Positions 55,105-64,000 of a DNA stretch of 64,000 bases are shown here, one piece after another. The stretch lies in assembly GCA_038212095.1 (NCBI GenBank), contig JBBQUW010000003.1:15927-79926 (forward strand). Direction: 5' to 3'. The position numbers and the translations under genes were made by a program. Within the stretch, counting starts at the first letter, position 1; every line of letters begins with the position of its first letter. The notes beneath the pieces were generated by a model that worked only from the letters and a program-made list of their open reading frames with translations, was not told the origin of the DNA and searched no databases. This DNA comes from Gaiellales bacterium (GTDB lineage Bacteria; Actinomycetota; Thermoleophilia; Gaiellales; JAICJC01).

Positions 55105-55817
55105 GGCGGGGCGATCGCCGCGGCCGCGTCGCGAAACCGGTACCCGGCTCCACGCACCGTGAGGATGAACGCCGGCTCGCCGGGATCGGTCTCGAGCTTC
55201 TCCCGCAGATGGCGGATGTGCACGTCGATCGTCCGCGGCTCGCGATACGCCGAGCCGCCCCACACCGCCTCCAGCAGCGCTTGGCGGCTGTAGACGCGGC
55301 CCGGGTGCGTGGCCAGCGTGCGCAGCACCTCGAACTCGACGTAGGTCAGCTGGGCGGCCAGGCCGTCGACCATCACCGTCCGCTTGACCGGGTCGATCAC
55401 CAGGCTATCGATCGTGATCGTCTCGTCGTCGGAGACGCGCCGTTCCGACAGCAGCGTCGCCCGCCGCAGCATGGCGCGGATGCGGCTGCGGAACTCGCGG
55501 ATCGAGAACGGCTTGGTGATGTAGTCGTCGGCGCCAAGTTCGAGTCCGAGCACCTTGTCGACCTCGTCGTCGCGGGCGGTCAACATCATGATCGGTACGG
55601 TCGAGGTCGTCCGCAGCCGCCGGCACACCTCCAGCCCGTCCAGCTTCGGCAGCATCACGTCCAGCACCACCAGGTCGATCGGCATCTCGGCGAAGCGGCG
55701 CAGCGCCTCCTCGCCGTCCCGTGCCTGGATCACGCGGTAGCCCTCCCGTTCGAGCGGGTAGGTGAGCAGCTTCTGGATCGACTCCTCGTCGTCCACGAGC
55801 AGGATCGTGGCGTCCAT
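55101..55817 (-). CDS. OmpR-family response regulator
   Basis: Internal ATG at 55817. ILLVDDEE...VLDVMLP is the receiver domain and RGAGYRF marks the winged helix. Confidence 0.93.
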   Translation of the reverse strand: MDATILLVDDEESIQKLLTYPLEREGYRVIQARDGEEALRRFAEMPIDLVVLDVMLPKLDGLEVCRRLRTTSTVPIMMLTARDDEVDKVLGLELGADDYITKPFSIREFRSRIRAMLRRATLLSERRVSDDETITIDSLVIDPVKRTVMVDGLAAQLTYVEFEVLRTLATHPGRVYSRQALLEAVWGGSAYREPRTIDVHIRHLREKLETDPGEPAFILTVRGAGYRFRDAAAAIAPP

Positions 55818-55878
55818 CGACACCCCGTTATCGTAGTTGGAAGCATGGCCGTCGCCGTCCGCCGTGCTATAAGGGCGC

Positions 55879-57615
55879 GTGCCGCGCCGTCGTGCCCACC
55901 CACGCAGGCCGCTCGTCTCGTGGCCGCTGTACCGCCTGCTGGCGGTGGTTGCCCTGATCCCGCTGCTGGTCGCGGCGCTGGCCGTGCGGGAGCCGGCGCT
56001 GCCCCCGCCACCCGCCCAGCCGCTGCAGCAGTTCGACGGAAACGCCGCCGCCACCTCGGCCGCATCGATGCTGTCGCTGCCACAGGATCTCGCTCCCGGC
56101 GGCGCCGGAGATCTGGCGGCGGCCAACCTGATCCGGGCACAGCTGGCCAAGATCGGCTACCAGACGGTCGTGCAGAACTTCGCCGCCGACCTGCCTGGCC
56201 GGCCGAACGTGCCGCTGCGCAACGTGATCGGCTATCTGCCGGGACGCCGCAAACAGATGATCGCGGTGTTCGCGCACCACGACGCGGTCGGAAACGGCGT
56301 CGACGACAACGCGTCGTCGCTGGGCGTGATGCTGGAGCTGGCCAAGGAGCTGCAGCCGCTGACCCGTGAGCGGGGCGTGTTGTTCGTCTCGACCGACGGC
56401 GGCACCAGCGGCGGCCAGGGTGCCGCGTACTTCGCCGAGCACTCGCCGCTGGCGCCGCGGATCGATGCCGCGATCGTGCTCGACTCGGTGGCGGCCGCCG
56501 GTGGCTCGCCAATCAGGATCGTGGACCGGCCGGACGCCACCCGCGGCACGTCGCCGACGCTGTTTCGCACCGCCCAGAGCGTGATCACCCGCGTCACCGG
56601 CTCACCGCCGGTCGCTCCCGGCCTGCTCGATCAGCTATCGGGCCTGGCCGTGCCCTACTCGCTGTCGGAGCAGGGGCCGCTGCTGGCCCGCGGCGTGCCG
56701 GCGATCACGCTCACCGCGGGCCCACCGCCCGATCCCCGCCAGAACGTGACCTCGCTCGACCCCAGCCAGCTGGCACAGGTGGGCGACTCGACCGCGACCC
56801 TGGTGGTCGAGCTGGACGGCGCCGCCTCGATCGAGCCCGGCGGCCGGCCGGCGATCTTCCTCGGCACCCATACGGTGCGGGGCTGGCTGGCCGAGCTGGC
56901 GCTGGTCGCGCTGCTGGGCCCGGCGGTGGCATGCATCCTGGACATGGCCGCCCGCTGCCGCCGGCGGCAGATCGCGCTGGCCCCGGCCGTCTATGCGCTC
57001 GGCTGGCGCCTGCTGGCGTGGATCGCCGGTCTGGTCACGCTATGGCTGCTGCCGGTGCTGCCGGGGAGCCTGGCATCCGGGCTGGCGGTGGCGCCGCAGC
57101 GGCACGAGATCGGCATCGCGTGGACGGGCGTCCTGCTGGCGCTGTTTGCCGGCCTCTCGGTGTGGCGCTTCGCCGGCCGGCAGCGAATCATGCCCAGCGC
57201 GCGCGGAAGCGTGTCCGGAGCCGATCGCACCGCCGGCCTGGCCGCCGCGCTGCTGGGGCTCGCGTTCGCCTCGGCGCTGCTGGCTGCGACCAACCCGTTC
57301 GCGCTGCTCTTGGTGCTGCCGGCGGCGCACTTATGGCTGCTGCTGCCGACGGCGGCCCGCCTCGGGCGTCGCTACATGGCGCTGCTGTTCCTGCTCGGCC
57401 TGCTCGGCCCGGCCCTGCTGACGTTCGAGTACGCGACACGGTTTCACCTGGGGGCGTCGACGCCGCGGGCGATGCTGGCGATGGTGGCCAGCGGCTACCT
57501 CTCGCCGGTGATCGCGGCCTGCCTCGCGCTGGCCGGCGCGTCCGCCGGGCAGGTCGCGGCGCTGATCGCGGGGCGCTACGGTCCAGCGCATCCGCCGAAA
57601 CGCGGGTATAACTGA
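55879..57615 (+). CDS. Membrane protein with an N-terminal M28-peptidase-like domain and a polytopic C-terminal half
   Basis: FAHHDAVGNGVDDNASSLGVMLELA matches the M28 HxD and D motifs. The C-terminal roughly 250 aa are multi-TM. The expected Glu-Glu pair is not evident (VSTDGGTSG). Confidence 0.7.
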   Translation: MPRRRAHPRRPLVSWPLYRLLAVVALIPLLVAALAVREPALPPPPAQPLQQFDGNAAATSAASMLSLPQDLAPGGAGDLAAANLIRAQLAKIGYQTVVQNFAADLPGRPNVPLRNVIGYLPGRRKQMIAVFAHHDAVGNGVDDNASSLGVMLELAKELQPLTRERGVLFVSTDGGTSGGQGAAYFAEHSPLAPRIDAAIVLDSVAAAGGSPIRIVDRPDATRGTSPTLFRTAQSVITRVTGSPPVAPGLLDQLSGLAVPYSLSEQGPLLARGVPAITLTAGPPPDPRQNVTSLDPSQLAQVGDSTATLVVELDGAASIEPGGRPAIFLGTHTVRGWLAELALVALLGPAVACILDMAARCRRRQIALAPAVYALGWRLLAWIAGLVTLWLLPVLPGSLASGLAVAPQRHEIGIAWTGVLLALFAGLSVWRFAGRQRIMPSARGSVSGADRTAGLAAALLGLAFASALLAATNPFALLLVLPAAHLWLLLPTAARLGRRYMALLFLLGLLGPALLTFEYATRFHLGASTPRAMLAMVASGYLSPVIAACLALAGASAGQVAALIAGRYGPAHPPKRGYN

Positions 57616-57618
57616 GGA

Positions 57619-58386
57619 ATGGCAACTGGCACCACGGCGGATGGCACGACCGCCGCGCACGGGAAGACGGCCACGAAGCGTGGCGGCCGCCGCACGCGGC
57701 GGCTCGGCAACGGGCTGATCGGCCTTGGCGTCGTCGTCGTCCTCTACGCCGGGCTGATCTACGTCTGGGGTGACCCGATCACGTGGCTGTGGTCGCACTA
57801 CAAGCAGCAGGCGCTGACCAGCGAGTTCCACCGCCAGCAGCAGCAGTTCACGATCACCACGCCTCCGCCCAACACCGCCGCGGCAAAGACGCTGGTGCGT
57901 AAGGACGCGCTCGCGTTCGCCCACTCGGTCAAGGAGGGGCACGCCTTTGGCCGGCTCTCGATCGGCCGCATCGGACTGAACAAGGTGGTGGTCGTCCAGG
58001 GCACCTCGGCGGGCAGCGAGTTCGACCTCAGCGCCGATCTCGCCAAGGGGCCCGGCCACTACATGAACACGCCCTTCCCGGGGTTGGGCGGCTCGGTCGC
58101 GATCGCTGGCCACCGCACCACGTTCGGTGCCTGGTTCCGGCACATCGACGAGATCCGAAACGGCGACTTCATCAACCTCGAGATGCCCTACGGGACGTTC
58201 CACTACAAGGTGCAGATGCACAAGATCGTGGTCAACACGGACTGGAGCATCATCCAGCCGCAGGGCTACGAGCGCCTGGTGCTGTCGGCCTGCCACCCGA
58301 TCTACAGCGCCTCGCACCGCTACATCATCTTCGCTCGCGCGGTGTCGGTCACGCTGCCCGGCGGCGGCGGCTCCTACACGCTCTGA
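57619..58386 (+). CDS. Class E sortase
   Basis: It has an N-terminal TM anchor. VAIAGHRTT provides the His and LVLSACHPI the Cys, with the Arg in the tail. GAGG lies 2 nt upstream of the ATG. Confidence 0.85.
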   Translation: MATGTTADGTTAAHGKTATKRGGRRTRRLGNGLIGLGVVVVLYAGLIYVWGDPITWLWSHYKQQALTSEFHRQQQQFTITTPPPNTAAAKTLVRKDALAFAHSVKEGHAFGRLSIGRIGLNKVVVVQGTSAGSEFDLSADLAKGPGHYMNTPFPGLGGSVAIAGHRTTFGAWFRHIDEIRNGDFINLEMPYGTFHYKVQMHKIVVNTDWSIIQPQGYERLVLSACHPIYSASHRYIIFARAVSVTLPGGGGSYTL

Positions 58387-58467
58387 CCGGCCCCAGCCAG
58401 TCCGTAACAGGCGAGCACCGATTCGTCGCAGCTACCACCGCAGGGCTTTGACTCCAATAATTGGGGC

Positions 58468-59661
58468 CTAGAGCGGCAAATACTCGACCAGACTGCCCGC
58501 GGCGGCCTCGCCCTCGCCGGCGGCGACCAGCGCGATCGCGTCGGCGGCCGCCGCGTGCACGATCAGGTGCGAGTCCTGCGCGTCCTGCGCGTGGAGCTCC
58601 ATACCGCCCGCGCCGATGACCAGCATGCAGCGCACCGCGTGGTCGCGGTTGGACAGCCGACGAACCGGCGACGCCAGCCGCGCCCGCGGCCGCTCGCGAG
58701 GGGGCACGCCGAGCATCGCATCCACGGCCGTGCGCACGAACAGCTCGAAGCAGACCAGGCTCGACACCGGGTTGCCCGGCAGCCCGAATACGAGCGTGCC
58801 GTCACTCGCAACGCCAAACCACAGCGGCTTTCCCGGCTTGTGCGCAACCCGCCAGAACACCTCGCGCACCCCCAGCGCCTCCAGCGCAGGTTTGACGTGG
58901 TCGTGCGGGCCGACCGAGACACCACCCGACGAGACGACGACGTCCGCGGCGGCCAGCGCCTCGGCGAATGCCGCCTCGGTGGCCGGTCGATCATCGATCA
59001 CGGTGGCCGCGGTCGCCACCTCGGCGCCGGCGCGCACCGCCTGGGCGGCAATCGCGGTCGCATTCGACTCGTAGATCTGCCCCGCCTCCAGCGGCCGTCC
59101 CGGCGCGACCAGCTCGCTGCCGGTTGCCAGCACCGCGATCCGTGGCCGGTCGCGAACCTCGAGCGTGCCCGCACCCGCCGCCGCGATCGCCGCCAGCAGG
59201 GCCGGCGTGAGCACGTCGCCCGCTCGTGCAACCACTTGCCCCGCAGCCACGTCGCCGGCCGCCGGCCGCACCCACGCTCCCGGGCGCACCGCGGACGCCA
59301 CCAAACCGCCCCGCTCCTCGGCGTCCTCGAACGGCACCACCGCGTCGGCCCCGTCAGGCAGCGGCGCGCCGGTCGCGATCCCCGCCGCGCTGCCGGCTGG
59401 CAGCGCGCCCGGCCGGTCGCCTGCCGCAACCCGAAACGCGATCGGCAGCGGCGCGCCGCCCAGCTCGGAAGCCCGCACGGCGTAGCCGTCCATCGACGAC
59501 GTGGCAAACGGCGGCAGGTCGACCGCGGCGATCACGTCTGCTGCCAGCACGCGGCCGGCCAGCCGGTAGGAGAGCGGCTGCCTCGCGGACGCGATCAAAT
59601 GTGCATGCTCGCGGATCAGCTCGAGCGCGCGGTCAACCGAGAGCAGTGATGCGGTGGCCAT
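58468..59661 (-). CDS. moeA: Molybdopterin molybdenumtransferase
   Basis: SSMDGYAVR...SGGVSVGPHD...PGNPVS. ATG 59661 is preferred; it lies 1 nt after the PBP stop, whereas ATG 59694 overlaps by 32 nt. Confidence 0.88.
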   Translation of the reverse strand: MATASLLSVDRALELIREHAHLIASARQPLSYRLAGRVLAADVIAAVDLPPFATSSMDGYAVRASELGGAPLPIAFRVAAGDRPGALPAGSAAGIATGAPLPDGADAVVPFEDAEERGGLVASAVRPGAWVRPAAGDVAAGQVVARAGDVLTPALLAAIAAAGAGTLEVRDRPRIAVLATGSELVAPGRPLEAGQIYESNATAIAAQAVRAGAEVATAATVIDDRPATEAAFAEALAAADVVVSSGGVSVGPHDHVKPALEALGVREVFWRVAHKPGKPLWFGVASDGTLVFGLPGNPVSSLVCFELFVRTAVDAMLGVPPRERPRARLASPVRRLSNRDHAVRCMLVIGAGGMELHAQDAQDSHLIVHAAAADAIALVAAGEGEAAAGSLVEYLPL

Positions 59662-59662
59662 C

Positions 59663-61903
59663 TCAGGTGGTGGGCGGCGGCGGCCCGTTGCCATTTCCGT
59701 TGCCGTTGCCGTGGGTGGTGCCTCCGGTGCCGGTGGTGCCGCTGCTGCCGCCGGAGCTGGCCGGTGGGCACGCAGTACCCGTGGTGGTCGTCGAGCCGGT
59801 GCTGGGCGTGCACGGTGCGGGTGGGACGTACGTCGGGAATTGCGAGTGGAACGGCACCCACTGCACCGGGTGCTGCGGCAGCGGCCAGGAATACACGGCC
59901 GGGAACTGCTTTGGCTCCAGCGCGAATGCCTGTTCCATGAACTGGCGCCAGATCGTGGCGGGTATCACGCCTCCGTAGGGCTGGGCGCCGTTCAGCCGCC
60001 CATAGAGCGAGATCTCACCCTGCGGGAACCCCATCCAGACGCAGGTGGTCAGGTTGGGCGTGAAGCCGCAGAACCAGGCATCCTTGTAGTCGTTGGTGGT
60101 GCCCGTCTTACCGGCCTCGATGCGGCCGTCCGAGAACTGCGCGGTGGCGGCTGCGGTACCGCAGCAGATCGGACATTCCAGCACCTTGTCCGCCTCGTAG
60201 GCAATGCCGTCTGACAGCACCCGACGCGGCTTGCTCTTATACGTCTTGATCGTCTTGCCGTTCTCGATGCTGTTGATCTGGGTGACGAACTGCGGTTCGT
60301 GGCGCACGCCGTTGGACGCCAGGGTCGAGTATGCAGCCGTCATCCACAGCGGCGAGACGGGGCTGACGCCGAGCGTGATCGACGGATACGGCGCCAGGTT
60401 GATCGAGTGCGGGATGCCCATCTTGTGCGCGGTGTCGACGATCGACTGCGCTCCCAGATCGATCGCAAGCCGCGCGAACACGGTGTTGTCGGACTGGGCT
60501 GTGGCGTCGGCCAAGGTGCGGGGAGCGTTCAGCTCCTCGCTGTCTGACGCCGTGTCGACCACCCACGGGTTGTTCGGGCCGATCGGCGTGTTCGGGAACA
60601 GATAGGAGAGGTGGGCCGAGAGCTCCGTGGTCGTGGCCGGGTTGTAGCCGTCCGAAATCGCGGTCGTGAGGGTGAACATCTTGAACGTCGATCCGACCTG
60701 GCGGTACGCCTCGGCCGGGATGTTGAACTGCGCATTCTTGCTGTAGGGCACCGAGGCGTCCATCGCCAGCACCTGCCCCGTGCGGGGATCGATCGAGACC
60801 AGCGCCGCGGCCGGCGCACCCGGCCAGCTCATCGTGCTGGTGAGGATCTGATGGGCGGCGGCCTGCAGCTTGGGGTCGAGCGTCGTGTGTATCGCCAGGC
60901 CGCCCTTGCTGACCGTGTTTCGCCCCAGCTTCTCCTCCAGCGTCTGGCGCACCCATGCCACGAAGTAGCCCTGATCGCCGCCGGTGTGATCGAGGTAGCT
61001 GCCCAGCTTGGTGCCGAGCGGTGAGGCCACCGCCGCGTCGTACTGGGCCTGCGTGATGTCGCCGGTGCCCGCGCATCCGCTGCCGGCCGCGCAGCTGTTC
61101 AGCATCGCTGCGAGTACCTCGTTGCGGCGGGCCTTGGCGGCGGCCCGGTTCGAGATCGGGTTGTAGATGATCGGGTTCTGGGGCAGGCCGGCGATCAGCG
61201 CAGCTTGGGCGATCGTCAGCCGAGAGCAGTGGCGGCTGAAGTAGCGCAACGCGGCCGCCTCACAGCCATAGGTGACGGCGCCGTAGGGCACGATGTTGAG
61301 GTACTCGGTGAGGATCTTGTCCTTCGACCACTGGTCGGCCATCTGGGTGGCCAGGTACGCCTCGCGGATCTTGCGCGTCCACGACTGCTCGTTGGACAGG
61401 TACAGGTTGCGCACCAGCTGCTGCTCGAGCGTCGATGCGCCCTGCTGGATCGAGCCCGCCTGCAGGTTGTTGATCATCGCGCGCACGATGCCCTGGAAGT
61501 CGAGCCCGCCGTGCTGGTAGAAGCGCTTGTCCTCGATGTCGACGGTGGCCTTCTTCAGCCACGGCGAGATCTTGTTGCTGGGGACGGGGGTGCGGTTCTC
61601 GGTCGAGGAGATCGTCTCCAGCAGGTTACCGTTGCGATCGAAGATCTCGGAGTTGATGCCGGGCGGATCGGCCTTGAGCGTGTCCAGGCTGACGCCCGAC
61701 AGCGTGTTGTCGACAAACACAGCGCCGGCCACAGCGCTACCGGCGATCAGCGCCACACAGCACGACGCCACCACAACGCCCAGCGTCGCCAGCATCGAGC
61801 GGCGGCTGCCACGCCGTTCCCGGCTGCGTCGTTTGCGGCGCTTGTGCGAGACGTGGGCCAGCACCTCGTCATAGGAGCTGCGGCGATCGCGAGGCGGCGT
61901 CAC
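59663..61903 (-). CDS. Class A penicillin-binding protein (GT51 transglycosylase plus transpeptidase)
   Basis: EDKRFYQHGGLD and RKIREA are GT51 motifs, STFK is the transpeptidase serine, and KTGTT is present. The C-terminal tail is Thr/Gly/Pro-rich low complexity (GNGNGNGNGPPPP). GTG 61903 forms a GTGA overlap with the MscS gene stop. Confidence 0.88.
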   Translation of the reverse strand: MTPPRDRRSSYDEVLAHVSHKRRKRRSRERRGSRRSMLATLGVVVASCCVALIAGSAVAGAVFVDNTLSGVSLDTLKADPPGINSEIFDRNGNLLETISSTENRTPVPSNKISPWLKKATVDIEDKRFYQHGGLDFQGIVRAMINNLQAGSIQQGASTLEQQLVRNLYLSNEQSWTRKIREAYLATQMADQWSKDKILTEYLNIVPYGAVTYGCEAAALRYFSRHCSRLTIAQAALIAGLPQNPIIYNPISNRAAAKARRNEVLAAMLNSCAAGSGCAGTGDITQAQYDAAVASPLGTKLGSYLDHTGGDQGYFVAWVRQTLEEKLGRNTVSKGGLAIHTTLDPKLQAAAHQILTSTMSWPGAPAAALVSIDPRTGQVLAMDASVPYSKNAQFNIPAEAYRQVGSTFKMFTLTTAISDGYNPATTTELSAHLSYLFPNTPIGPNNPWVVDTASDSEELNAPRTLADATAQSDNTVFARLAIDLGAQSIVDTAHKMGIPHSINLAPYPSITLGVSPVSPLWMTAAYSTLASNGVRHEPQFVTQINSIENGKTIKTYKSKPRRVLSDGIAYEADKVLECPICCGTAAATAQFSDGRIEAGKTGTTNDYKDAWFCGFTPNLTTCVWMGFPQGEISLYGRLNGAQPYGGVIPATIWRQFMEQAFALEPKQFPAVYSWPLPQHPVQWVPFHSQFPTYVPPAPCTPSTGSTTTTGTACPPASSGGSSGTTGTGGTTHGNGNGNGNGPPPPTT

Positions 61904-62655
61904 TTGACGATCTCCACCTCGGCCACGCCGAACAGGCCCTCGGCGCCCAGCCGGGTCAGCACCCGCTCGCGCAGCCAGCCCGCCGTCCGCTCGGCCTGCG
62001 TCGGGTCGGCCGTCCACACGCCAACCACGTACACGGCACCGAGCTCGCTCAGCTCGCGCACCGTGACGCCGGGATCGGGCCGATCGCCCAGCCGGCCGGG
62101 CGCCTGCGCCGGCAGCTCCTCCAGCACGTCGCGGACGCGGGCCGGATCGCTCGTCAGCGGAAGCGTGACGCGAACCTGGGCCAGGCTGACCGCGTCGATC
62201 AGCGTGTGGTTGGTGACGCGCGAGTTGGCCAGCTCTTCGTTGGGAATCAGCACCCGCCTATTGTCGGTGGTTCGCAGCCGCGTGTATGTGAGCCCGATGT
62301 CTTCTACCTGACCGTCGGCGTCGCCGATCTGGACGCGATCACCGAGCCGAACGGGCTGGTTGATGGCGATCATCACGCCGGCCACGAAGTTGGCCAGCGT
62401 CGAGCGAGCGGCGAACCCGACCGCCAGGCCCAGCACCGCCGACGAGGCGAACACGGTCTGCGCGTATGCGCGTGTGGACGGGATGTTGAACAGCACGGTG
62501 CCGATGCCGAGAAACAGCACCACCGCCAGGGCGATCCGCCGTACCAGCCGGTACCGCGTCTCCAGCATCGCGCGGTCGGTGACCGGCAGGCGCTCGGACC
62601 AGCGACGTCCGTACCGTGACATCACCCGATCGGTGACCCACAGCACACCCAGCAC
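61900..62655 (-). CDS. Small-conductance mechanosensitive channel (MscS family)
   Basis: The pore helix is VLGLAVGFAARSTLANFVAGVMIAI, followed by RLGDRV...G.VEDIGL.YT. The N-terminus is uncertain (see findings). Confidence 0.82.
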   Translation of the reverse strand: MLGVLWVTDRVMSRYGRRWSERLPVTDRAMLETRYRLVRRIALAVVLFLGIGTVLFNIPSTRAYAQTVFASSAVLGLAVGFAARSTLANFVAGVMIAINQPVRLGDRVQIGDADGQVEDIGLTYTRLRTTDNRRVLIPNEELANSRVTNHTLIDAVSLAQVRVTLPLTSDPARVRDVLEELPAQAPGRLGDRPDPGVTVRELSELGAVYVVGVWTADPTQAERTAGWLRERVLTRLGAEGLFGVAEVEIVK

Positions 62656-62683
62656 ACCGACACCGATCGCGATCGCCGGCCAG

Positions 62684-63160
62684 TTATCCTGCAGTCACGC
62701 GCCCGTCGTAGATCACCTTCCCGGAGGCGAAGTCGATCATGCCGACGGTGACGAGCCGATCACCGGTACCGACCCGTCCCGTCACGTTCCACACTAGCCT
62801 GGAGTTCGTCGTCAGGTCGCGACTCCCCTGCATCGTCGAGAGCCGAACATGCCGGTCAGGAAGCCACAACAGCGAGACGGCGGCCGGCCGCAGACGGCCA
62901 TCGTCAAAGGCTCGCAGGGCGATCGTCCGGGCCTGGCCAGGCGAGCCGGCGGCGGCGCCGCCAGAGCCGGTGACCTCGATCAGGAATCGCCAGCCGTCGA
63001 CCGGATGAGAGAGGAACGAGACCGGCTCATCGGTCGCCGTCGCCCGCCGCGCCAGCTCGGCCGGCAGGTAGATCGCGATGCCGGCGAGGGCCACGGCGAC
63101 GAAGGCCCAGAACAACCAGCTTCGACGGCGCACGTACGAACAGTACAATCGCCCGGCCAT
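62684..63160 (-). CDS. Hypothetical membrane-anchored protein
   Basis: Internal ATG at 63160. It has an N-terminal anchor (WLFWAFVAVALAGIAIYL) followed by about 120 soluble residues. I recognise no family. Confidence 0.5.
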   Translation of the reverse strand: MAGRLYCSYVRRRSWLFWAFVAVALAGIAIYLPAELARRATATDEPVSFLSHPVDGWRFLIEVTGSGGAAAGSPGQARTIALRAFDDGRLRPAAVSLLWLPDRHVRLSTMQGSRDLTTNSRLVWNVTGRVGTGDRLVTVGMIDFASGKVIYDGRVTAG

Positions 63161-64000
63161 GCCAGCCCGCGCATCACTCCCTCTGCTCCTGCTGCTCGCC
63201 CTGCTGGCCAGCTCGTGCGGCTTCAAGCACGAGCCGCTGGGAGCGCTGCCGACGTTTCCGCAGACCGTGCGCGACGCGCTCAACCGCCAGATCGTGATCG
63301 ACAAGGCGCCCCGGCGGATCGTCTCGCTCGACCCGGGAATGACCGCGTCGCTGTTCGCGATCGGCGCCGGCAAGCTGGCGGTAGGGGGCACCGGCAGGGA
63401 GACCTATCCGGCGGCCGCCACCGCGTTGCCGGCGATGCTCAACCCCGACGGCGGCATCGACGTGAAGGCGGTCAAGAAGGCGCTGCCAGATATCGTGCTG
63501 ATCCCGGCCAGCCTGGCGCCCACCGGAGATGACGCCAAGCGCCTGCAGGTGCGGCTGTCCGCCGTCGTGTACGTCGTCCGCGCCACCACCGTATCCGGCG
63601 TCGAACGCGACATCGGCGCGCTGGGGCTGATGACAGGGCATGCCGACCAGGCGCGGATCACCGTCAGCCAGATCCAGTCGGGCGTCGATGCCGTGCACAA
63701 GGCGGTGGCGGCCCAGCCGCCAACGCCCACCTTCGTCGACATCGGCTTCCGCTACACGATCGATCCGGCCACCATGCCATCCGACCTGCTGCGGCTCGCT
63801 GAGGGGCAGAACGTGGCCGCCGCAGCCGACCCGACCACGATCTTCTCGGTCTCGGCGTTGACCGCGGCCGCGCCGCAGGTCTACCTCTCGGTGACCGGCC
63901 AGGGTGCGACGCTGTCCGAGCTGCGCGCCCGTAAGAGCCTCGCCGCGCTGCCCGCGGTGCAGCAGAAGCGAGTGGTCGCGATTCCCGAGACGACGCTCTA
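63159..64000 (+). CDS. Lipoprotein, ABC-transporter periplasmic binding protein (FhuD/BtuF-like, iron-siderophore/cobalamin class); 3' end outside the window
   Basis: It is not in the ORF track because there is no stop inside the window. My translation from ATG 63159 gives MPARASLPLLLLLALLASSCGF (lipobox-like) followed by RIVSLDPGMTASLFAIGAGKLAVG, which is typical of cluster-8 binding proteins. The frame is open to the window end. Confidence 0.7.
   Translation, partial: MPARASLPLLLLLALLASSCGFKHEPLGALPTFPQTVRDALNRQIVIDKAPRRIVSLDPGMTASLFAIGAGKLAVGGTGRETYPAAATALPAMLNPDGGIDVKAVKKALPDIVLIPASLAPTGDDAKRLQVRLSAVVYVVRATTVSGVERDIGALGLMTGHADQARITVSQIQSGVDAVHKAVAAQPPTPTFVDIGFRYTIDPATMPSDLLRLAEGQNVAAAADPTTIFSVSALTAAAPQVYLSVTGQGATLSELRARKSLAALPAVQQKRVVAIPETTL

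Noticed and set aside
58440-58467. AT-rich palindrome CCAATAATTGG between the convergent sortase and moeA genes, considered as a terminator.
   Set aside because: The stem is only 5 bp with a 1-nt centre, which is too weak to call. I noted it only as a local AT-rich spot.

Overview
This is a very GC-rich bacterial chromosomal segment (roughly 70% G+C by eye). It carries actinobacterial hallmarks: a class E sortase, a DivIVA-domain protein, a DUF3107-like small protein, an MprAB/HtrA-type envelope-stress cluster, many GTG starts, and pervasive 4-nt GTGA/ATGA stop-start overlaps.

Left third: a complete 14-gene NADH:quinone oxidoreductase operon, nuoA-N (705..15003, + strand). An extra 58-codon acidic ORF is wedged between nuoF and nuoG.

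Middle: mixed housekeeping and accessory genes. These are an L,D-transpeptidase, an MBL-fold hydrolase, DUF1028, Mrp/ApbC, a DUF990-type ABC exporter, AzlCD, an IMPase-family protein, DUF1015, a YhaM-like OB+HD protein, a methyltransferase, a YchF with a degenerate P-loop, PAP2, methylmalonyl-CoA epimerase, a short FtsH paralog, DUF1385, RarA, arginase, a repeat-rich DivIVA protein, a peroxiredoxin-like/HD-GYP-like fusion, and a TPR protein.

At 38.1-40.6 kb, a tRNA-Phe(GAA) gene and a 43-nt direct copy of its 3' half bracket a 2.4-kb insert. The insert carries one secreted PD40 beta-propeller gene and no integrase.

Right third: an 11-gene translationally coupled minus-strand operon (moaC-moaB-ubiA-ccmA-ccmB-ccmC-ccmD-hemA-hemC-cobA/hemD-DUF62). 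A 218-bp tandem duplication lies upstream of it. It is followed by a VOC protein, otsA and treT, HtrA with a histidine kinase and response regulator, an M28-like membrane protein, sortase E, MoeA, a class A PBP, MscS, and a lipoprotein substrate-binding protein that runs off the window end.

I recognised no rRNA, CRISPR array, transposase or integrase. Most long ORFs in the track that lie antisense to these genes are high-GC artefacts.
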